Of a stretch of 64,000 bases of DNA, positions 1 to 12,493 are shown piece after piece. The stretch comes from Eledone cirrhosa (taxonomy: Eukaryota), in contig OZ024743.1 in NCBI GenBank assembly GCA_964016885.1, positions 355,570,001 to 355,634,000 of the forward strand, in the 5' to 3' direction. Made by a program: the position numbers and the translations under genes. Each line of letters begins with the position of its first letter. Position 1 is the first letter of the stretch. A model generated the notes under the pieces. It searched no databases and had not been told where the DNA came from. It saw only the letters and a list, made by a program, of their open reading frames with translations.

Positions 1-702
1 TTCACCAACACCAGAAACTTGATACACCACCTACCCCATCACACTAAATATAACAGCCAGATAACGGCAATTTCACCACCACCACCACCAATCCCAGCAT
101 CATAATAAGAATTACTATTATTATTGTCTCAAGTTTTAACAAAATGTTTAATTCCAATTTTACGGGAATATGTCAACACAATATATATTAAACATACGCG
201 ACACAAACTCATAGATACTACATATCACAAAACTCAGTAACGACAACGCCACCGCCGCCACCACTCCATCCATCATTGTTACCACTATCCCATCACCGCC
301 GCCACCACTCCTTCATTGCTACCACCACTATTCCCCTGTTAACTTAAGAAATGGGAAGATGGCGGTATCACTAGACAAGGGAGAGGCTAGCAAAAGATAT
401 AAATAGATTGACTTAGTGACCTGGCCAACGTCAACAACTATGGCACTGCTGGCTCCCCCCTTCCTCACCAACAATATAAAAGGCCCCAGCACCACCACCA
501 CCACCGACATAAACAACAACAATAACAGGCAACTTCAGCAAAAAGTATATTATATTATTGTAATGCACTGGGTGATTGCTGGCCTTGTGCCTGGAGTGGA
601 GACAATTATTAATAATTTCATTCTTAAGCCACGCAATGCTCACATTAAGGAACCATTCATGATAATAACAATTTTAAAAAAACAACAAAAAGAAAACCCC
701 GT

Positions 703-820
703 GACCAAGAAATACCGGGATGGCGGCCGGCGGGGAATAGCCGTGTCTCTAGGGGAGAACGACCCCTCTAGTCTTGGTTGACACTCGTTCTAGAAGTGGT
801 AACACGAAATGATTACCCCT
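703..820 (+). ncRNA. Candidate HDV-like self-cleaving ribozyme in the Dong 5' UTR
   Basis: P1 GACCAA (703-708)/TTGGTT (774-779) with a first G.U pair; P3 GAC/GTC around a 7-nt loop CCCTCTA; possible P4 CACT/AGTG; J4/2-like CGAA at 805; imperfect P2 AGGGGAGAAC/GATTACCCCT. L3 deviates from consensus. Confidence 0.4.
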
Positions 821-856
821 TGGCGGATAAGGATAAAACGCGACAAAATAAAGTAA

Positions 857-3800
857 ATGTCTAATGATAAAATCTCATACCGGATCGGCCGTCACCCGGT
901 TAAAAAAGGGCCACGTCCCTCAGAGAGGAACCAGACTGGGGTCGAAAAATCAGCCAATGGTTCAAACCTTCCCATCACTTCGGAGCTGGAGACCTCCCAT
1001 AACCGGAATACTCCTACTGTTGGCCCTCCATGCTCACCACCAAGAAATCCAAAGAAAAAGAGAGAAAAATTGTCAAGGGAAGATAATAAGGAATTCCTTG
1101 AGGCTTTCTACACTGCCATGTACTACCCATTAAATACATCGAATACAGAACAGACATATATCAACTGGTAAAAGAAACATCCCGAAAACAGAAGCTATAT
1201 TGACAGTAACAAACTAGCCAATATACGAAGAAATATTGTAAGAAAAAAGTTACTAACTGATATAGAAATTGATCAGATCAAGCTATTAGCACAAAGTCAG
1301 GGAAGGGAAAATGAAACATGTGTCAGTGAAAACGAGGTGAATTGTAACACTTCGAATCCCAGGGTTGGGGCGGAATCACTGGCAACAGAACAAATTAAGG
1401 AAAGGATCGAAAAAGTGGAGGGAGTGCATGCTCAAGATGAAACTCCAAATGAAAATAATGAGATCGTAAATGATAAAGAAATGAATGAGAATGAACTTGC
1501 CAACTTGAAGGATGAAATTATGATCGAATGGATGAAAATGAAAGAATCTGACATAGGGCAACGAGACACCCTCCCTAAGATCCAAAACTCCAAACAGAAC
1601 CAAAAGATAATACACAAGACTATCATAATTCTCAAAAACATTATCATCACAAACAAACGAAACATTACTGATTTAAATCATCTCTATTATGCATCGGCTA
1701 AAGTCACCACTCACTTATGTGGAGTGAAGATGAAAAAACAAAGGAATTCCCACAAGAAATCTACTTGGCAAGAGAACATCAATCGCCAAATAAACCTTCT
1801 CCGATCTGACATAGAAATTTTAACAAACTATAAAGTAGGTGAACATGTTAAACAAACTAAACTTAGAAAATTGAAAAGAAAGTACAGTATAAAATCAACA
1901 AGTGACATAGACATGCTGATAGAAATAATCAAGCAAAAAGTGTCGGCCAAAGCTGCTCGTATAAGGCGTTTTGAAAAACGATCTAGATTCTATAAGGACA
2001 ATAATATGTTCAAAAACAACCAAAGAAACTTCTACAGAAAAATTGGTAAGTCAACAATAACTTCTAAATCAATACCACCCAAGGAGGAAGTGCAAGAATT
2101 CTGGGAAAAGATCTGGGCCGAAGAAAAAGTTCATAACATACATGCCCCATGGATAGACAGACAAATGAAAGATACAGATCACCTTGAGGAACAAATATGG
2201 GAAAATATAACAGTTGAACAGTTGCGCTTGGCTCTAAGAAAAACCAGCAAATGGAAATCGCCAGGAAAAGACAAAATACAAAATGTTTGGATAAATGCCT
2301 TCACAGAGTCTCATGAGCTGTTAGCCCAACTTTACAATGAAATAGTTAAGGAGCCAGAAAAGATACCATCATGGCTAGTTAACGGCATTACATTCCTGCT
2401 TCTGAAGAATGATGAGACAAACAATCCCAAAAATTACAGACCGATAACTTGCTTGACCACAATGTATAAAATGTTAACATCAGTCCTAACTGAATACACA
2501 TATGACCACCTGATAACAAATGACCTATTTCCCATTGAGCAGAAAAGGTGTAAACGAGGCTCATATGGCTGTAAGGATCAGCGTTTGGTTAACAAAATGA
2601 TACTGGAAGATTGTCATAATAGACACAAAAATCTATCGATTGCTTGGATAGATTATAAAAAAGCATTCGATAGTTTGCCACACAGTTGGATTGAAAAATG
2701 TTTAGAGATTTTCAAAATATCCCCCGTTGTCAGGAGATTTTTGTCATTCAGTATGAAGACATGGAAAACGACACTCCTTTTGAATAGTGAAACAAAATCA
2801 CTGGAAGCTGGAGAAGTTAATATTAATTGTGGAATTTTTCAGGGTGACTCTTTATCACCGCTTTTATTCTGCATCGCACTTATACCATTAAGTAAAATGC
2901 TCAATGAAACAAAACATGGATATAAAGTCTATGACAAAACCATTAATCACCTGTTCTACATGGATGACCTGAAACTATTTGCAAAAAATGATGAACAATT
3001 GCAAGGGCTATTATCCACTGTGCAGCAGTTCAGTGATGACATTAAAATGGAGTTTGGACTAGATAAATGCGACAAAGCAACGTTCACCAGAGGAAAGCTG
3101 CTGAAGAGTTCAGACATTAATCTTGATCGGGGGAACGTGATAAAAGAACTTGATCAAGAAAAAACTTACAAATATCTAGGTGTTTGTGAAGGAGACGGAA
3201 TCAAGCACTCGACAATGAGGGAAAGGATAAGGAAGGAATGTTACCGCAGAGTAAGAGCAATCTTAAGAACGGAATTGAATGCAAGGAATAGGATCGATGC
3301 CATAAAGACGCTTGCCATACCAGTAGTAACCTACAGTTACAATGTCATCAACTGGTCAAGCACAGAGATCCGTAGGCTCGATACAAAAATTCGAAAATTC
3401 TTAACCATGCACAGAATGCATCACCCTAAGGCAGATATAGATAGAATATATCTCCCTAGGAAAGAAGGAGGACGTGGGTTAATCCAGTTAGACATTGCGT
3501 TGAAAACTGCAACAATTGGATTATCTACATATCTAAGGGAATCACATGATTGGATGATCAAACTCGTTTTGAAACACGAAAGCATCAAAAGATCATATTC
3601 CATTACAAAAGATGCACAAAGATACAGTAATGGACTACAAATTTCAGAAGTCCCATTTACTGCTGAAATGTAAAACACATAAAAAGCAAAGCAGGTAAAA
3701 GTAACTGCAAAGAAAGAACTGCTACAGAAACTGGCTAAGAAATGGCAAGAAAAGCCTCTGTATGGAAAATACCCAGAGCGAGCTAACAATCCTGATGTTG

Positions 3801-4494
3801 ACAAAACTTTAACCCATCAGTGGTTGGCATCCTCTGGACTGAAATTGGAGACTGAAGGACTGATTATATCAGCACAAGATCAGTGTCTGCCAACAAAAAT
3901 TACCAAGCCAACATAATAAAAAATGGGTGCCGTGTATGCAAAAAACAACCAGAGACCATTGACCATATAATTTCAATGTGCAGTCCTATAGCTCCAACCG
4001 AATACCTAAACAGGCATGACAGAGCTGCACAATACATACATTGGATAATGTGTAAGCATTTTGACCTGCCCCATCAAAAGAATTGGTGGGAGCATCAACC
4101 ACCTCCCATACTTGAAAAAGATCACATCTCAATCTTGTGGAACTTTAGCATCCAAACAGACCGAAAAATAGATGCAAATAGACCTGGTATAATATTGAAG
4201 GACTTTCAAAAGAGGGTATGCCTGCTAATTGATATGTCTATTCCAATAGACAAGAATGTATCTATAAAAACATTTGAAAAATTGAGCAAGTATAAGGACC
4301 TGGAGATAGAAATTGGAAAAATGTGGAAATTGAGAACTAAAACAATACCAGTGGTTGTAGGCGCTCTGGGAATGATACCTAAGGGGTCTAATGATTACAT
4401 ATCGCAAATCCCAGGAAACCCGCGTATAGGAGAAATACAAAAGATAGTACTAATGGGAACTGCCCATATACTAAGGAAGATTCTGTCAATATAA
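857..4494 (+). pseudogene. Dong/R4 single ORF (RT-RLE), interrupted
   Basis: ORFs 857-1171, 1337-3673 (same frame) and 3883-4494. In-frame stops at 1169 and 3671, frameshift near 3885. The RLE 'RPD' motif reads RPG. Confidence 0.88.
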
Positions 4495-4637
4495 GTACAT
4501 CACAAGTCTAAACACTAAAGATGCATGTGTGAATATGTATGTTCTTTCTTGAACATGGCGGACCTTGTTGTCTCTTGAGGTCACTGGTTGTGACTTGGTG
4601 ATAACTCGTATGAACATAAAGCAAGATAAATGCAACT

Positions 4638-4638
<1 letters not shown>

Positions 4639-4681
<43 letters not shown>
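4639..4681. repeat. (TAA)n microsatellite, Dong tail and Tx1 junction
   Basis: Pure AAT repeats between the Dong 3' end and the Tx1-a 3' end. Confidence 0.95.
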
Positions 4682-4683
<2 letters not shown>

Positions 4684-4931
4684 TTTCTTTATTAACCACA
4701 AGGGTTTACATAAAGTAGACATTAAGGACAGTGCAGGACAATGCAGGACGGTACAAATGGGCATTTCTGCGTGTAAAAAACAAAAACAGAGGATGTAACA
4801 AAAAATAACAATGAAAAATTCCCCAATAGGGGGGAGACTTCGGAGGGACATTTGTGGAGAAAGCCCAGTAAAAAGCCACAATGACCCTGACCACCAAGGC
4901 AAGTGCCCTCTCCCAGTTTTCCACCTTTAAT

Positions 4932-7900
4932 TTACAGATATATGCTCAGAGTAGGCACATTCACTCGGGCCATTCTTGCTTCTCTCACCCATTTTTCAAC
5001 AAAATGCTGGGAAGAGAGCACTTCCCTCTCTACTCTGATTTTCCTTTTCAAATGAAATTTGAAAAAGTCAATCAGAGCATCACCGAAGAGGTAAGTGCTC
5101 GTCTTCAGCCCGTTCGAACGTGTCCACCATACTATCTCTTTCGCCATGGCCACCAGACAGATAAAAACTGCCTGCCCTTCGCGGCTAAAGGAGGAGGGCG
5201 GGGCAATCCTCACGATGGACTCAGATGATAGCCGGATCCGTACTAAACGCGACAGCAGGTGTTCGACATAAACCCACAAGTCAGCAGTTTTCGGACACTG
5301 GACGAGTGCGTGCAGGACGGTTTCGTCACCCTGCGCGCATCTCGGACATTCCCGGCTGACGGCACCTCCATGCCTGTAGAGTTTATCCCGAACTGGCAAG
5401 GCTCCTCGGTAGCACTGCCAGGCCAGAGATTTCTGGAAGTTGTCCATTGGCCCTGGCCCGAAAGTTCTTCCGAAGAGATTGGCTAGTTGATTTTCGTCGA
5501 CGCCTAGAGTTTCCCCAAGTACGTTGTCGCTCTTCCCCTCCACTAATCCTCTATAGAACGCCGAGGTAGAGTTTCCACCGATCACATTGCCCGATTGGGC
5601 GAGGGCTGTGAGCGCCTGAAGACATTCCAGTCTCCAGGCGCTCCCTCTCGGTCTTCGCTTGACCCAGGACTGCAGCTCCGTCAAGGAAACGAGCTGGGGA
5701 AATACGTGTCTAGCAAACGGCGACCACACCTGATCACCGTCGAGGAAGAGGTGGAGATGTCGTAGCCTGAGCGCGTGCCTGCGCATCATCAGCCACGGCA
5801 TGCCCAGCCCTCCACGTAGCGGGTGTTGACAACAGATGGACCGCCTGACCATCGGAGCACGTCCCTTCCACAAAAAGCGAAAGAGCAAACGCTCCAGCGC
5901 AGTCAGGCGAGGCTTAGGACAGGGTACGACGGTCAGGCGGTAGCAGATGACAGACGCGATGTACGCGTTAGCCACCTCCGCTCGACCTTTCAGGGATAGC
6001 TTTCTCTCCGCCCATTTCTGGGTGAGAGAAGCCACCCTGCTCGTCACCTCGTCCCAGTTTTTGTCCGTCTGGAGGTCCGGACCGAACCAGACCCCTAGCA
6101 ATTTAACCGGTCCGTCCGTTCAGCGTCCGACGACGCTGTTGGACGGCATGGACCTGCCTCTCCAGGTGCCGAGCTGCAGGCCCACTGACTTTTCCTGGTT
6201 GATCATTGCTCCTGTCACCGCTTCGTATTCTCTTAGTGTAGTGCCGATCGCCTCGATGTGTTTGGCGTTCGACACCACTACGGTGACATCGTCCGCATAT
6301 GCTGACACGGATCTTCCGCATCCTAGTTCGCGCGGGACTCCCCTCAACGTCTCCAGTTTGTGCAGTAATGGCTCGAGAGTCAATACGTACAAGAGGGACG
6401 AGAGGGGACATCATTGGCGGACCGAGCGCATGATGTTGAACGGTTCCGACAGGTGACCGTTCACTCTCACCACAGAGCAGATGTCGCTGTGCATGGCAGC
6501 GATCCAGCCTCTGAAGACGGGCCCAAAGCCAGCCGCCCTCAGGACTGCCGCTAGGTAACGATGGTCGACCCTATCGAAAGATTTCGACTGATCTAAATTG
6601 ATCAAGGACCCACCCGTGCCAGGTTCCTTAGCTACCCTCTCTATGATGTATCGCATGAGGTGGAGGTTGTCGTGGATGGATCTGTCGGGAATGGCGCATG
6701 TCTGCGCCTCTCCCACCAGACCACCAACGACAAGCGCCAACCTCTTTGCTAGCACCTTGGCCAAAATCTTGAACTTTGTGTTTAGCAGAGTTATGGGCCG
6801 GAAATTATCTATGTTATCCCCCTTGTTCGGATTCTTTCTCAGCAGTGCCACCGCTCCTCGGCTCACAGAACTGGGAATTCTCCCGTTCTGTTGCCAGTTG
6901 CAGTAGACGTCCGCCAAGAGGCCTCCGAACAAGTCTGGCATCTGTACGTAAAGTTCATAGGGCAGACCATCCAAACCAGGCGATTTACCCCTTGTGCAGC
7001 CAGTCATTGCCTCCCTTACTTCAGCGGCTGTTATCGGCTTTTCGCAACACTTCGCCTCAGTGGCCGAGAGCCGCGGCAGTCCGTCGAGGTAGACACTAAA
7101 GTCCATCCCTCTACCCGGCCCACCGCTGCCCCCGAACAGCTGAGCGAAGTGTCGCTGAAAAGCTTCACACATTTTCCCGGGATCGAGTAGCATGCGCCCG
7201 TCGTGGTCCACCAAAGACCGGATCGTGGCTTTGTTGCCACGACGCGCCTCCGCCACTCGGGCCCATTGAACGGCTTTCGTCCCCTCGTGTCTGAGAGCAC
7301 GCACCCTTGCTCTGACAACGCAGCCTTCGTGCTTTGCATTGAAGAATTGGTCACGGGCCAATTTCGCCGCAAGCACGTCGGTCGCAATGCCTTTGCTAAG
7401 CGCCTCGTCTAATTTTCTAACTAGTTCTCCCTCTGCTCTATTTTTCTCTGTTGCTAAAGTCTTACTAAACCTAATCGATTCTATTCCAATCGCTCTTTTC
7501 AGAGCAAACCACCACTTGTTGTTGACGATGGCCCCTGTCAACGCCCGCTTAACTAGTTCGCTAATCCGGTCTCTGTAGGCCTTGCGCGCTGGTAAGGACG
7601 CGTTTAGCTTCCAGTAGCCGGGTCCTCGTCTATGAAGCCTATCTAAGTCAAGCACACAGATCACGAATTTGTGGTCCATGTAGCTGACTATCTTGAATTG
7701 TGGACAGCCTATGCTAGACCTATCTATTTCCCTACAAAATACTCTATCTAGATATGATCTGGATGACCCTATGCGATTTGTCCAAGTCCACATTGGCACA
7801 TTCGGGAAATCCAATCGGTCCCTGTCAGACAGTTCAAAACGCCTGAGCAGGTTGGTGAGGCTCTTGCACCCTCCACCCCTATCCGCTAATCCCACACAGT

Positions 7901-8351
7901 CCCAGCGTGCATCTAAGATCCCGTTCCAGTCGCCCACTAACACTAAAGAGCGGGACGTTCCAAGAAAGGTCTCCAGACGCCGGAAGAAATCAGGCCGCCC
8001 TGCTCCTGTCGGGGCATAGACGGCCACTAGCCTGAAAGCTTGCCGGTCTCCGCTGGTCACGTCCAGCACCACCAGCTTACCCTCTGGGTCCAGGAAGATG
8101 GCCCGTATGGCCAGATCCAAACCTCTCCGAAAAAGCACAGCAACTCCTCCCCCCGATCCAGGACGGCTGGGAGATGCGTACACATCGTAGCCGCCGAAGA
8201 TCGGTGCGAAGGCCCGTGCTTCGGAGATTCTGGTCTCGCTGATGGCCACTACATCTATGTTTAGTGACCTGAGGTCGTTGAGCAGGTGACCCTGCTTCCA
8301 TGACGACCCCAAGCCACGCGCATTTATGCTGCCTATTCTGAGTGAGGTCAT
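4932..8351 (-). pseudogene. Tx1-a ORF2 (APE endonuclease + reverse transcriptase), frameshifted
   Basis: APE motifs SINARGL, ISET, VYAP, GDWN, SYLDRV, MDHK; RT motifs FRPITLLN, LDQSKSFDRV, YADD; breaks near 6411 and 6103-6120. Confidence 0.9.
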
Positions 8352-8386
8352 ATTTAAAATAGAGTGGAAAAGATGGGAAAGACCAC

Positions 8387-10480
8387 TTACCGTACTTTTG
8401 GTAGAGGAGGGATGGTTTTTACATCCCTTTTCACCTGATCGTCTGGTGAAGGGACCGTTGAATCGTCCCTTCGGCTGGTCGTCGGCTCTTCTAAGAGAAT
8501 GTCTGAGTATACTCTTCGATTGATGGTTCCTCCTAGGTCCCTGAAATCACCAACTGCGTTGGGGAATTTCGTTTTAATATTTGTGTATTGTTTCTGTGCT
8601 ATTTTTAGCAGTCTTATGTTAGTTGGCGTTTTGATTGGTGCTGGTATTATGTAGTCCTGTTGTGAAATGTCTGTGTGTTCAATTATGTAAGTCATTAGTT
8701 TCTTGTTGTGTGTATTTATTGCCGTGCATTTGTTTTTCTGGGGGTGGGGTGTGGTTCTGCTATTTTCTTGTCGTTGTTGCTGGGTGTGTGTGTTTTGTTG
8801 TTGTGTTTGCGATGTTGGTGCTTGTGGTGGTGGTGTTGAAGGTGTTGTTGGCGGTGGGGTTGTCGCCGGTGGTGATGGTGGTGCTAGTGTGCGTGGTGAT
8901 GGTGTTGGTGGTGTTGCTGCTGTGGGTCTCTTTGCAGTAGACTTTACCCTTTTCTCATTTCTTTCCTCCCTTTTCAAAGGCGACGATGCGCTGCTTCTGC
9001 GTTTGTGCCTTCTTACGACCTTTTGCCATCCCTCTCCCACCTCACACTCCATGTCTGATTCTGTGAGGTCGGGGAGGGGTACCAGCTCCACTCTTTCACT
9101 TGTTGTTGGTGGTGATGTTTGCACTGGAGTCTCTGTTGCCGCTGCATTTGGTATTGCTGTTGTTGTTGTTAATATTTCCACTGCTGCTGCTGTTTTTGAT
9201 TTCCGTGGCGTGGGTATGGGTGCCACGGACCTATCGTTCCTGGTTGCCGCTTGTCCTGTTGCTGGTAGCCGTGGAGCCGGATTCGGAAGGAGGGGGGTTT
9301 TCTCCTTTCTCAGGGTCTTCTCGTTGCAGAAGGCCCTGAGGTGAGTCTTCGATCCACAGCGAAAGCATTTCGGGCGTTTGCCCTCAACACTTATGGGCAG
9401 TTGAGTGCCGTTATCGAAGTCTATCACATCCGGGATAGCTTCGATGCACTCCTGGTTGGTTTGGATTAGCATCTCAATGGAGGTGCCGACCCAATCTTCT
9501 CTTACTTTTTTCTGTACTTGCAGTACAGTTGTTTTGTCCTCGATTCCGACGAGGACAGACGCGGCCAGCCAAGAAGGGGACATTCCGTGGGGGGGGGGGG
9601 CGTGGTTCAGTTTGACCCTCACAATTTTTTGCCCGCAGTAGGAGGGCACCAACACCATTTCCTCGCTCCTTAGGGTCACTACGGATTGGGCCTTTGCCTC
9701 CTGGGGTGTGGAAAAAAGTACGTCTACGGTGGCATATTTTTTGCCTCGGGTGATGTGTGTTTTCCGCTGCCACACAGACCCCAAGGCTTTTTGTATTTGG
9801 GCCTCTGCGGCTCTTTCCACCCTACGGGATTTTGTACTTACTGTACGGTACGTGACCGTACAGTGCTGTTGGGTTTCGAAAAATTTTTCCGCTGCCTTGC
9901 AGATTGCTCGGTGTCCATTCTTTGTCACCATCTTCTTCGCTTCCTCTAATTCCTCATTTGTTATGAGGATTGTTTCCAAGTTTTTCGCAATACCTGCAAA
10001 TGAGATTGGTTTTTCTTTGCTGCTGTTGTTGTCGTCAGAGCTTTTGTTGTTGCTGCAGGTACTACGACTACTGCCTTCGCCGCTGTTGCTGTGGTTGTTG
10101 TTGGTGTTGCTGCTGCTAATGCTGTTGTTGTTTATGCTGCTGGTGATGCTGTTGCGGCTGCTACTGTTGTTTTCATTGTCACTGTTGCTGTTGTTATTAC
10201 GGCTGCTACTGCTATTATTCCTGACGTCAGACGAATGAACTGGGTTTTCGTATTTCCCGCACACCTGTTTCGTCGCTGTCGTCGTCGTCGTGGAGAAACC
10301 TTGCACGCTTTGCACGAGACTTTTCTTTTCTTTCGTCGCTTGCGAAAGAGAAGGGAGGGAGAGAGACACATTTAAAGAAGGGAGGGAGAGAGACAATCTT
10401 CTCTCTGCTGTAGTGATGATTGAGGAAGAAGAAGACGGAATGAGTGGGAGTGACCTATGCAAATTCTTTTTCGTAGCCAT
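8387..10480 (-). CDS. Tx1-a ORF1 (gag-like nucleic-acid-binding protein), open
   Basis: First ATG at 10480; Asn/Ser low-complexity N-terminus, ISFA motif, CCHC knuckle CFRCGSKTHLRAFC, Pro/Thr-rich C-terminal region. Confidence 0.85.
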   Translation of the reverse strand: MATKKNLHRSLPLIPSSSSSIITTAERRLSLSLPSLNVSLSLPSLSQATKEKKSLVQSVQGFSTTTTTATKQVCGKYENPVHSSDVRNNSSSSRNNNSNSDNENNSSSRNSITSSINNNSISSSNTNNNHSNSGEGSSRSTCSNNKSSDDNNSSKEKPISFAGIAKNLETILITNEELEEAKKMVTKNGHRAICKAAEKFFETQQHCTVTYRTVSTKSRRVERAAEAQIQKALGSVWQRKTHITRGKKYATVDVLFSTPQEAKAQSVVTLRSEEMVLVPSYCGQKIVRVKLNHAPPPHGMSPSWLAASVLVGIEDKTTVLQVQKKVREDWVGTSIEMLIQTNQECIEAIPDVIDFDNGTQLPISVEGKRPKCFRCGSKTHLRAFCNEKTLRKEKTPLLPNPAPRLPATGQAATRNDRSVAPIPTPRKSKTAAAVEILTTTTAIPNAAATETPVQTSPPTTSERVELVPLPDLTESDMECEVGEGWQKVVRRHKRRSSASSPLKREERNEKRVKSTAKRPTAATPPTPSPRTLAPPSPPATTPPPTTPSTPPPQAPTSQTQQQNTHTQQQRQENSRTTPHPQKNKCTAINTHNKKLMTYIIEHTDISQQDYIIPAPIKTPTNIRLLKIAQKQYTNIKTKFPNAVGDFRDLGGTINRRVYSDILLEEPTTSRRDDSTVPSPDDQVKRDVKTIPPLPKVR

Positions 10481-10697
10481 GTTGACTTTTTTGTTTAAAA
10501 TAAATATTGGGTACAAAACCCCAATAAGCAGTTATTTAACCCCGAAGGGCCAAATAACGGGCAGAAAGACCCCTCTCACGAGGAGGAGGGTGTTTTTGTC
10601 TACAAGTTGGGTCTAAGTTTTAAACAATTTACAATTGTTAAAGCGTTCAAAATTTACAGTACCTTACAGAGCCGAGCCTCCGTCAACCATAGTATTC

Positions 10698-10735
<38 letters not shown>

Positions 10736-10736
<1 letters not shown>

Positions 10737-12002
10737 TGGGCGTTCTGAAGGCTGATGACATCAAGAACAAAAAAATGAAGGAATTGATAAGAACTGCATA
10801 CATTCGGAGAATAAGGAGCGTATTAAAGTCACATCTGAACAGTAGGAATGCTGTGTCCATTATTAGGTACAGTGCGGGAATTCTGAGATGGAATGTTGCT
10901 GAACAGAAAGAAATGGATATGAAGACTAGGAAGCTATTGACTATCTACAACATGTTCCACAAGAGGAGTGATGTCGATAGACTCTACTTAAGGAGATCTG
11001 AGGGTGGAAACGTCTTATCAGCATAGAGTACTGTGTTCAGATGGAGAAAAACAACCTACACAAATACGTGACTGATAGTAAGGAGCCAATGCTCAGAACT
11101 GTACTGAAGGAGGGGACAATAGGCCAGGGGATGTCCAAGGAGGAAATAACATCAAGGAGAAAGAGCAGCCTTCAGGAAAAATCCCTTCATAGTACCTTCT
11201 TTGAGAAAACTGAATTTAGAGATCCACAGACATGGAACTGGTTGAAAAGAGGAGACCTTAAAAAGGCTACAGAAGGAATGTTAATGGCTGCGCAGGAGCA
11301 GGCCCTCAAAACGAAGTGGTTGAAACACCATATTTACAAGGAGGAGGCTAGCCCACTGTGCAGGATATGTGGAGAGAGAGAGGAGACTGTGGCTCATATT
11401 GTATCCGAGTGTAAACACCTAGCCCAGACTCACTATAAGGGCTGGAGACATGATGGGCAGGGTGATCCACTGGCACCTATGCAAAGTAAACAATTTGCCA
11501 CATTCTGAGAAGTGGTATGAGCATAAGCCAGAGGCGGTGATAGAAAACGATCAGGTGAAGGTGCTGTGGGATTTTAGGATACAGACGGACAAGAAACTGG
11601 AACACAATAGACCTGACCTGGGGGTTGTGGACAAAGAAAAAAGATCGTGCCTGATTGTGGATGTGGCCTGCCCATTCGACACGAGAGTGCAAGAGAAGGA
11701 GAGGGAGAAAATTAACCGATACCAGGACTTAAATTGGGAGGTAAAAAGGATTTGGAACTGCCATGAAGTCAAAGTGATCCCGATTGTCATAGGCGCACTA
11801 GAGACTATCTCAAAAAGTTTCCAGGGATGGTTAAAGAAAATTGTCCCCTTCACGCTTTTTGGAACGCTTCAAAAGGCATGCTTGCTGGGAACAGCAAGAA
11901 CCCTCCGATACGTCCTGAATATCTGAGGCTGCAGGTAGTGGCTTGATATTCATTTCAACAAACTTTCCAGTTAACTAACATCAATGACTGAGACTCAAAG
12001 AG
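10736..12002 (+). mobile_element. 5'-truncated Dong/R4 LINE (RT thumb, CCHC, RLE)
   Basis: DVDRLYLRRSEGG, CRICGEREETVAHIVSEC, NRPDL, VDVACP; flanked by (AAT)n on both sides. Confidence 0.88.
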
Positions 12003-12024
12003 TAATAACAACAATAATAATAAT

Positions 12025-12076
<52 letters not shown>

Positions 12077-12081
12077 TATAT

Positions 12082-12476
12082 CACAATAGGCCTGACCTGG
12101 TGGTTTTGGACAAGGAAAAAAGATTGTGCCTGATTGTAGATGTAGCCTACCCATTTGACACGAGGGTGCAAGAAAAGGAGAGGGAGAAAATTAACCGATA
12201 CCAGATTTTAAAGTGGGAGTTAAAAGGGATATGGAACTGCCATGAAATCAAGGTCGTCCCGATTGTCATAGGCGCACTAGGTACTATCTCAAAGAGTTTC
12301 CAAGGATGGTTAAAGAAGATTAGTCCAGCCCCGCTTTCTGGAACACTTCAAAAGGCATGCTTGTTGGGAACAGCAAGAACCCTCCGATACGTCCTGAATG
12401 TATGAGGCTGCAGGTAATGGCTTGATATATATTTCAACAAACTTTCCAGTTAAATAACATCACTATTTGAGACTCA
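12082..12476 (+). mobile_element. Short 5'-truncated Dong/R4 copy in tandem
   Basis: Closely similar to 11603-11997 (RLE C-terminus plus 3' UTR); followed by (AAT)n. Confidence 0.88.
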
Positions 12477-12493
12477 ATAATAATAATAATAAT

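Larger units (their letters stand above)
703..4638 (+). mobile_element. R4/Dong-clade non-LTR retrotransposon (RT + C-terminal restriction-like endonuclease), near full length, decayed
   Basis: RT motifs (YRPITCL, IDYKKAFDS, GIFQGDSLSPLLF, HLFYMDDLKLF), CCHC knuckle CRVCKKQPETIDHIISMC, RLE motifs RHD...IDMSIP...KLSKYKDL. The 3' UTR ends in (TAA)n at 4639. The 5' boundary is approximate. Confidence 0.9.
4683..10697 (-). mobile_element. Tx1/L1-clade LINE (lineage a), near full length, flanked by (AAT)n on both sides
   Basis: ORF1 with zinc knuckle; ORF2 with APE, RT and C-terminal CPRC..ETVLHALVQCP; 3' end GTGGTTAATAAAGAAATC then (TTA)n; (AAT)n also at 10698-10735. Confidence 0.92.

Noticed and set aside
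5259-10375. Plus-strand ORFs antisense to Tx1-a
   Set aside because: Shadow ORFs of GC-rich coding sequence and triplet repeats, without motifs.
10565-10615. HDV-like ribozyme in the Tx1-a 5' UTR (CTCCTCGTG loop-like motif)
   Set aside because: No P1.1 GG, J4/2 or P2 in the right order; better explained as a simple hairpin.
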